64,000 nucleotides of DNA. Source: Patescibacteria group bacterium. Lineage in GTDB: Bacteria; Patescibacteriota; Minisyncoccia; Minisyncoccales; RBG-13-42-11. Each line of letters begins with the position of its first letter. The first letter of the stretch is position 1. Shown piece by piece: positions 58,853-64,000 of this stretch. Position numbers and translations under genes: made by a program. The notes under the pieces are model-generated. The model did no database searches and was not told where the DNA came from. It saw nothing but the letters and a program-made list of their open reading frames with translations. The stretch lies in assembly GCA_035529635.1 (NCBI GenBank), contig DATKWJ010000005.1, positions 1,424-65,423 on the forward strand. Direction: 5' to 3'.

Positions 58853-59914
58853 ATGAACAATCCACTTAAAAAGTTTTTACATTTTATTGCCGAAGATATT
58901 GCCATTGATTTGGGTACGGCCAATTCCCGCGTTTACGTCAGAAACAGGGGGATAGTCCTTACAGAGCCGTCAGTAGTCGCCGTCAATCAAAAAACCGGCC
59001 AGGTTTTGGCTATCGGCGAGGAAGCGAAAAAAATGGTGGGAAGAACTCCGGCTTACATCGTGGCCACCCGGCCTTTGATTTCCGGAGTTATTTCCAACTT
59101 TGAAATAACCGAACAAATGCTCAGGTATTTTATCGAAAAAGCCCATAAAAAAAGATTTCTTTTGAATCCGCGGCCGAGGGTGATAATCGGCATTCCCTGC
59201 GGCGTGACCGAGGTGGAGAAAAAAGCTGTTTGCGACGCCGCTAAAAACGCCGGAGCCAGAGATGTTTTCATTATTGAAGAACCGATGGCGGCTGCTTTGG
59301 GCGCCCGCCTGCCTGTTCAGGAAGCCGGGGGCAATTTCATCGTTGACATCGGCGGCGGCACGACCGATATCGCCGTCATATCTCTGGGGGGCATAGTCAT
59401 TTCCAAAACCTTAAGGGTTGCCGGGGACAAGCTGAATCACGACGTCATCCAATTCGCCCAGGACGAATATAAGCTGCTGATCGGGGAAAGGACGGCGGAA
59501 ATGCTTAAAATCGGCATCGGCTCGGCTTATCCTTTGAAAGAAAAAAAACAGCTGCCGATGCGGGGGAGAAATCTGGTCACCGGTCTGCCTGAGGAAATAT
59601 TGGTTTCTAATGAAGATATAAAAAAGGCCCTGGAGAAATCAATAAAGCAAATCGTCGAGGAAATAAAAATAGCCGTGGAAGAGACGCCGCCGGAATTGCT
59701 GGCCGATATCATGGTTTCGGGAATTCAGATGGCGGGTGGAGGTTCACTTTTGAAAGGACTGACTTCTTTGATCCAGAAAGAAACGAAAATTCCGACCAAG
59801 ATTATCGAAGATCCGACAACGACCGTTGTCAGGGGGGCGGGCATGGTGCTTGAAAATCTCGACCAGTTGCAGGATGTTTTATTGGAGACCGAAGAATTGG
59901 AGCCGCCGAGATAA
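58853..59914 (+). CDS. mreB: Second MreB/Mbl-family actin homolog
   Basis: IAIDLGTANS...DIGGGTTD. 353 aa. Confidence 0.85.
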   Translation: MNNPLKKFLHFIAEDIAIDLGTANSRVYVRNRGIVLTEPSVVAVNQKTGQVLAIGEEAKKMVGRTPAYIVATRPLISGVISNFEITEQMLRYFIEKAHKKRFLLNPRPRVIIGIPCGVTEVEKKAVCDAAKNAGARDVFIIEEPMAAALGARLPVQEAGGNFIVDIGGGTTDIAVISLGGIVISKTLRVAGDKLNHDVIQFAQDEYKLLIGERTAEMLKIGIGSAYPLKEKKQLPMRGRNLVTGLPEEILVSNEDIKKALEKSIKQIVEEIKIAVEETPPELLADIMVSGIQMAGGGSLLKGLTSLIQKETKIPTKIIEDPTTTVVRGAGMVLENLDQLQDVLLETEELEPPR

Positions 59915-59930
59915 AATTTATATTTAAACC

Positions 59931-60227
59931 GTGTTAAACAAAGAAGAAGTAAAACATATAGCCAAATTGGCAAGATTAGGCTTGACCGAAAGCGAGATTG
60001 AAAAATATCAGAAAGAGCTTTCTTCGATTTTGGATTACATTGAAAAACTGAAGGAAGCGGACGTTTCAAAAGTGGAGCCGACGAGCCACTGCTTACTTGG
60101 CGGTTCTCCCCGGTCGGAAATATCCGGCGAACAGAGCGGCCAGGCGAATAAGAGCGAAAAATTGTTGAAGCTGGCGCCGGAAACGGAAAACGGCTACTTA
60201 AAAGTCAAATCAATAATCAAAAATTAA
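59931..60227 (+). CDS. gatC: Glu/Asp-tRNA amidotransferase subunit C
   Basis: EEVKHIAKLARLGLTESE. 98 aa. Confidence 0.85.
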   Translation: MLNKEEVKHIAKLARLGLTESEIEKYQKELSSILDYIEKLKEADVSKVEPTSHCLLGGSPRSEISGEQSGQANKSEKLLKLAPETENGYLKVKSIIKN

Positions 60228-60239
60228 ATCTTCTGCCAG

Positions 60240-61679
60240 ATGGATTTAACCGAACTTACAATCGCTCAAACTCACCAGGGGTTGAAGGAAAAGAATTTCT
60301 CCAGTCTTGAACTATGCCAGGCTTATTTGGATAAAATCAAGAAAAAAAATAAGGAAATTTTCGCTTTTCTCAATATCAGGGAAGAGGGAGCTTTATCCGA
60401 GGCGAAAGAAGCCGACAAGATGATTGCGGCCGGAGAAGAAATTCCTGTTTTGGCCGGCCTGCCGGCAGCTATCAAAGACAATATTTTGGTTGAAGATTTT
60501 CCTTGCACGGCCGGCTCGAAAGTTCTTGAAAATTATTCGGCGCCTTACGACGCCACGGTAGTTAAGAAACTTAAAAACCAAAAAGCAATAATTTTGGGGA
60601 AAACGAATCTTGACGAGTTTGCCATGGGTTCTTCCACGGAGAATTCAGCTTTCGGACCTACCCGTAATCCCCACGATTTGAGCCGGGTTCCCGGCGGTTC
60701 TTCCGGCGGTTCAGCCGCAGCCGTGGCAGCTGATTTAGCCGCTTTTGCCTTGGGTTCGGATACCGGCGGTTCAATCAGACAGCCCTGTTCTTTTTGCGGA
60801 ACAGTTGGTTTAAAGCCGACTTACGGAGCTGTTTCAAGGTACGGCCTGATTGCTTTTGCTTCTTCTTTGGACCAAATAGGTCCCATCGCCAAAACCGTGG
60901 AAGATTGCCAAACCGTTTTCAACGTTATAAGAGGGAAAGATCCTTTGGACTCGACTTCAGTGGAATTTGAAAAATCAGACGGCCGGTTCTCAGATCTGCG
61001 GATAGGCGTACCGAAAGAATATTTCGTCAAAGGTATCGATCCCAAGGTGGAAAGAATCATAAAAGCAGCCATAAAAAAATACGAAGAGGCTGGCGTTGAA
61101 ATTAAAGAAATCAGTTTGCCGCAGGTCGAATACGCCTTGTCTTGTTATTATATAATTGCGCCTTCCGAAGCCTCGGCAAACTTGGCCAGGTACGACGGCA
61201 TAAAATACGGCTATTCGGCAAAAAGCCGGGCGAAGAAAGGGACAGCAGAGGCTGAAAATTTATTGGACGTTTATTTGGAAAACAGAGGCGAGGGTTTTGG
61301 AGCGGAAGTAAGAAGAAGGATAATGCTGGGAACTTATGTTTTGTCCGCCGGCTATTACGAAGCATATTATTTAAGGGCTCAAAAAGTGAGGACTTTGATA
61401 AAAAAACGTTTTGACCAGGCTTTCAAACAGGTTGATGCGATTTTCGCGCCTGTTTCCCCTTTTTTACCGTTTAAAATAGGGGAGAAGATCAACGACCCTC
61501 TTTCGATGTATTTGGTTGATATTTACACCGTGGCCGTCAATCTGGCCGGTCTGCCGGCGCTTTCTCTGCCAGTGGGGCAGGCGGACGATTTGCCGGTCGG
61601 CCTGCAAATCATCGGCAAACCCTTTGAAGATGATAAAATTTTGGAAATAGGTAAATTATACAACCATGCCAATAATTGA
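60240..61679 (+). CDS. gatA: Glu/Asp-tRNA amidotransferase subunit A
   Basis: Amidase signature [13 protein letters not shown], Ser-cisSer-Lys triad region. Confidence 0.9.
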   Translation: MDLTELTIAQTHQGLKEKNFSSLELCQAYLDKIKKKNKEIFAFLNIREEGALSEAKEADKMIAAGEEIPVLAGLPAAIKDNILVEDFPCTAGSKVLENYSAPYDATVVKKLKNQKAIILGKTNLDEFAMGSSTENSAFGPTRNPHDLSRVPGGSSGGSAAAVAADLAAFALGSDTGGSIRQPCSFCGTVGLKPTYGAVSRYGLIAFASSLDQIGPIAKTVEDCQTVFNVIRGKDPLDSTSVEFEKSDGRFSDLRIGVPKEYFVKGIDPKVERIIKAAIKKYEEAGVEIKEISLPQVEYALSCYYIIAPSEASANLARYDGIKYGYSAKSRAKKGTAEAENLLDVYLENRGEGFGAEVRRRIMLGTYVLSAGYYEAYYLRAQKVRTLIKKRFDQAFKQVDAIFAPVSPFLPFKIGEKINDPLSMYLVDIYTVAVNLAGLPALSLPVGQADDLPVGLQIIGKPFEDDKILEIGKLYNHANN

Positions 61680-62202
61680 GAATTTCCCTCAAAACTTAAT
61701 GTCGTTTTTCATTTCTCCGCCGGATAGCGAGTGGCTTTTGATCGTTAAAATCGTTTTTATTGTTTCATTTTTACTTATAATCGGTTTTATTATTTTTGCC
61801 CTGACAAAAAGCTCTTGGTTGAAGTTTCTCATCTTATACGATGCCAGCGAATTTTTCAGTTTTCGGCCTTTCGGAGCCAGAAAAATAGAAAAGGATTGGA
61901 GAAAAATCATAGTCAGATTGAATACGGGCTTGGAATCGGAATACAAATTGGCGGTGATTGAAGCGGATAACATGCTGAACGATACGCTGAAGAAAATGGG
62001 ATACAAAGGAGAAAGTCTGGGAGAAAGGTTGGAAAAATTGACTTCAGCCACTTTGTCCAATATCGAAGAGGTTGGTGCAGCCCATAAAGTCCGCAACAAC
62101 ATCATCCACGACCCTAATTTTAAGTTGTCCCTTGACGAAGCGAGGAAAAAATTGGATATTTTCGAAAAAGCTTTTAGGAATTTGGATGCTCTTGAAAGTT
62201 GA
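61666..62202 (+). CDS. Hypothetical membrane protein
   Basis: 178 aa with one TM helix. Overlaps the gatA stop. Confidence 0.5.
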   Translation: MPIIENFPQNLMSFFISPPDSEWLLIVKIVFIVSFLLIIGFIIFALTKSSWLKFLILYDASEFFSFRPFGARKIEKDWRKIIVRLNTGLESEYKLAVIEADNMLNDTLKKMGYKGESLGERLEKLTSATLSNIEEVGAAHKVRNNIIHDPNFKLSLDEARKKLDIFEKAFRNLDALES

Positions 62203-62232
62203 TTTTTGCTTAAAAACAGATTATAATAACGC

Positions 62233-62303
62233 CGCGGGGTAGAGAAGTAGTATCTTGCGAGGCCCATAACCTCGAGACCTGGGTGCAATTCCCAGCCCCG
62301 CAA
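62233..62303 (+). tRNA. Initiator tRNA-fMet (CAU)
   Basis: 5' CGCGGGG with a C1xA72 mismatch. Anticodon stem CGAGG/CCTCG. Loop CCCATAA. CCA not encoded. Confidence 0.65.
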
Positions 62304-62311
62304 CAAATTTC

Positions 62312-62387
62312 GCCGGCGTAGCTCAGTGGTAGTAGCAGGGTCTTCATAAGGCCAAGGTCACAGGTTCGAGTCCTGTCGCCGGCACCA
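62312..62387 (+). tRNA. tRNA-Met (CAU, elongator or Ile2-like)
   Basis: Acceptor GCCGGCG/CGCCGGC. Loop TTCATAA. T-arm ACAGG-TTCGAGT-CCTGT. CCA encoded. Confidence 0.65.
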
Positions 62388-62388
62388 T

Positions 62389-62464
62389 GCGGGCGTAGCT
62401 TAGTCCGGTTAAAAGCGCCTCCCTGTCACGGAGGAGAACGTGGGTTCGAATCCCATCGCCCGCG
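62389..62464 (+). tRNA. tRNA-Asp (GUC)
   Basis: Acceptor GCGGGCG/CGCCCGC. Anticodon stem-loop CCTCC-CTGTCAC-GGAGG. T-loop TTCGAAT. Confidence 0.7.
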
Positions 62465-62523
62465 CAAGCGATAGTGCAGAGCGGAAGATGAAATTTATTT
62501 CATCGCCCGCGCCAGCAAATAAC

Positions 62524-62550
62524 AAATCCCGTTTCAAAGGGATTTTTGTT
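62524..62550 (+). terminator. Rho-independent terminator after the tRNA cluster
   Basis: aaatccc-gtttcaa-agggattttt plus a T-rich tract. Confidence 0.6.
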
Positions 62551-62575
62551 TTCTTGTTTTTACCCAGTTCCAGTG

Positions 62576-62603
62576 TTGATTTGAAGTTAAAATCAGGGTA
62601 TAA
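62576..62603 (+). promoter_or_regulatory. Sigma70-like promoter TTGATT-N16-TATAAT for gyrB
   Basis: -35 at 62576-62581 and -10 at 62598-62603. 8 nt before the gyrB ATG. Confidence 0.4.
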
Positions 62604-62611
62604 TGAAGTAA

Positions 62612-64000
62612 CATGCCGCAAGCTAAGAATACAAAAACAGCATCTTCCTACGATGCTAAAGATATTTACGTTCTGGAAGGCCTTGAACCGGTCAGAAAAA
62701 GACCGGGAATGTATATTGGTTCAACCGGTTCCGAAGGACTGCATCATTTGATTTGGGAATGCGTTGACAATAATTTGGACGAGGCCATGGCCGGTTACGC
62801 CAAAAATATTGATGTCTTTCTTTTGCCGGGCGACAGAATCAAAACGACTGATGACGGCCGGGGGATACCGGTTGACATACATCCCCAAACTAAAAAATCC
62901 GCTTTGGAAACAGTAATGACCACTTTACACGCCGGAGCCAAATTCGGCGGCAAAGCTTACCAGGTGGCCGGCGGCCTTCACGGAGTCGGAGTTTCAGTGG
63001 TCTGCGCTCTTTCAAAGTGGATGAGAGTCGAGGTCTGCCGCAACGGCCTCAGATATTCGCAGGAATACGCCAAAGGGAAACCTTTGACTAAAGTGAAAAA
63101 AGGCGATAAATGCAAGCAAACCGGCACCTCGGTTTGTTTCGAACCTGATACCGAAATCTTCAGCGAAAACAAATTTGATTTGAAGAAAATCATCAATCAT
63201 CTCCGTCAGCAGGCCTATTTGACCAGAAACATAAAAATCACTGTTAAGGATTTGCGGGAAAAGCCGGAAAAATCCTACACTTTTTATTTTGAAGGAGGAC
63301 TTGCTTCTTACATCAAACATTTAACCAGGGGTGTAGCTAAACGCCAGCCGAATATTTATTACGGCTTGGGAGAAAAAAACGGCATTTTAGTGGAAGCGTC
63401 TTTCCAGTATACAGAGGAATACGAATATTTTGAGGAAAGTTTTGCCAATAACATCAATACCGGCGAAGGAGGCACGCATTTGACCGGTTTCAGAACAGCC
63501 CTGACCAGAACCTTCAACGATTATGCGAAGAAAAACAACCTTTTGAAAGATAATGACGATAATTTGTCAGGAGAAGACGTCAGAGAGGGCTTTACTGGAG
63601 TTGTTTCCGTAAAACTGAAAGAACCCCAGTTTGAAGGTCAGACAAAAGCGAAATTGGGCAATCCGGAAGCGAAGACAGCGGTTGAAACAGTGGTTTCTGA
63701 AACCCTCTCCGATTTTTTGGAAAGAAATCCTCAAGACGCCAGGGCTATTATTGAAAAATGCATTCTTTCTTCCAAAGCCAGAAAAGCGGCCCGTGTGGCC
63801 AGAGATACTGTTTTAAGAAAAGGCGCTTTGGAAGGTTTGGCTTTGCCCGGTAAATTGGCCGACTGTACTTCCAGAAAAGCGGAAGAATCGGAGATTTACA
63901 TTGTCGAGGGTGAATCGGCCGGCGGCAGTTCAAGACAGGCCAGGGATAGAAGGTTTCAGGCGATTCTTCCTTTGCGCGGCAAAATTTTGAACGTTGAGCG
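62612..64000 (+). CDS. gyrB: DNA gyrase subunit B (5' portion, runs off the window end)
   Basis: MPQAKNTKTASSYDAKDIYVLEGLEPVRKRPGMYIGST ... EGESAGGS...LPLRGKILNVE. No stop in the window, hence absent from the ORF track. Confidence 0.9.

Noticed and set aside
62440-62751. 103-aa ORF spanning tRNA-Asp, the terminator and the gyrB start
   Set aside because: It overlaps a tRNA gene and is out of frame with the clearly conserved gyrB N-terminus that starts at 62612.
1-64000. CRISPR array, prophage, integrase, transposase, toxin-antitoxin pairs
   Set aside because: No short regularly spaced direct repeats, no tyrosine/serine recombinase or transposase-like ORFs, and no obvious small toxin/antitoxin gene couples were found on either strand.

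Overview
This window reads as a gene-dense, mostly plus-strand segment from a small-genome bacterium with CPR/Patescibacteria-like hallmarks. Ribosomal protein L30 is absent between rpsE and rplO, S14 is the zinc (type Z) form, and alaS, proS and rpoA are all truncated. Several ribosomal proteins and rpoA carry lysine-rich tails, and many proteins have no assignable function.

The core is a long str-S10-spc-alpha ribosomal superoperon at 25.1-51.8 kb: rpsL-rpsG-fusA-tuf-rpsJ ... rplO-secY-adk-map, then infA-rpmJ-rpsM-rpsK-rpsD-rpoA-rplQ-rplM-rpsI. It is interrupted between map and infA by about 6 kb carrying glycosyltransferase, GalT-like, tpiA, alaS and two hypothetical genes.

Upstream of the operon lie a RarA ATPase, a Gmad2/GerMN protein, a P-type ATPase, an RRM RNA-binding protein, HAD, DegV and UppP. 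These are followed by a ferritin-like/ferredoxin/nrdD/nrdG anaerobic ribonucleotide reductase cluster and a ComEC-type metallo-beta-lactamase (MBL) gene overlapping a second, extended adenylate-kinase paralog. Next comes a 1578-aa surface protein (S8 subtilase, cysteine-rich tandem repeats, PEGA domain, C-terminal membrane anchor) preceded by a promoter, structured leader and terminator. A tRNA-Pro, rpmB and an M50 protease sit just before the operon.

Downstream of the operon are a standalone Cas4-like PD-(D/E)xK nuclease, a PEGA protein, two mreB paralogs flanking holB-frr-rseP-proS, gatCA, a tRNA cluster (fMet, Met, Asp) and the start of gyrB.

No CRISPR array, reverse transcriptase, integrase or obvious prophage was seen. 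The features most worth a second look are the MBL/Adk-paralog pair, the leader RNA and giant repeat-bearing protease, the outer-membrane-protein-like beta-barrel candidates, the Cas4-like nuclease and a duplicated tRNA-Asp 3' end.
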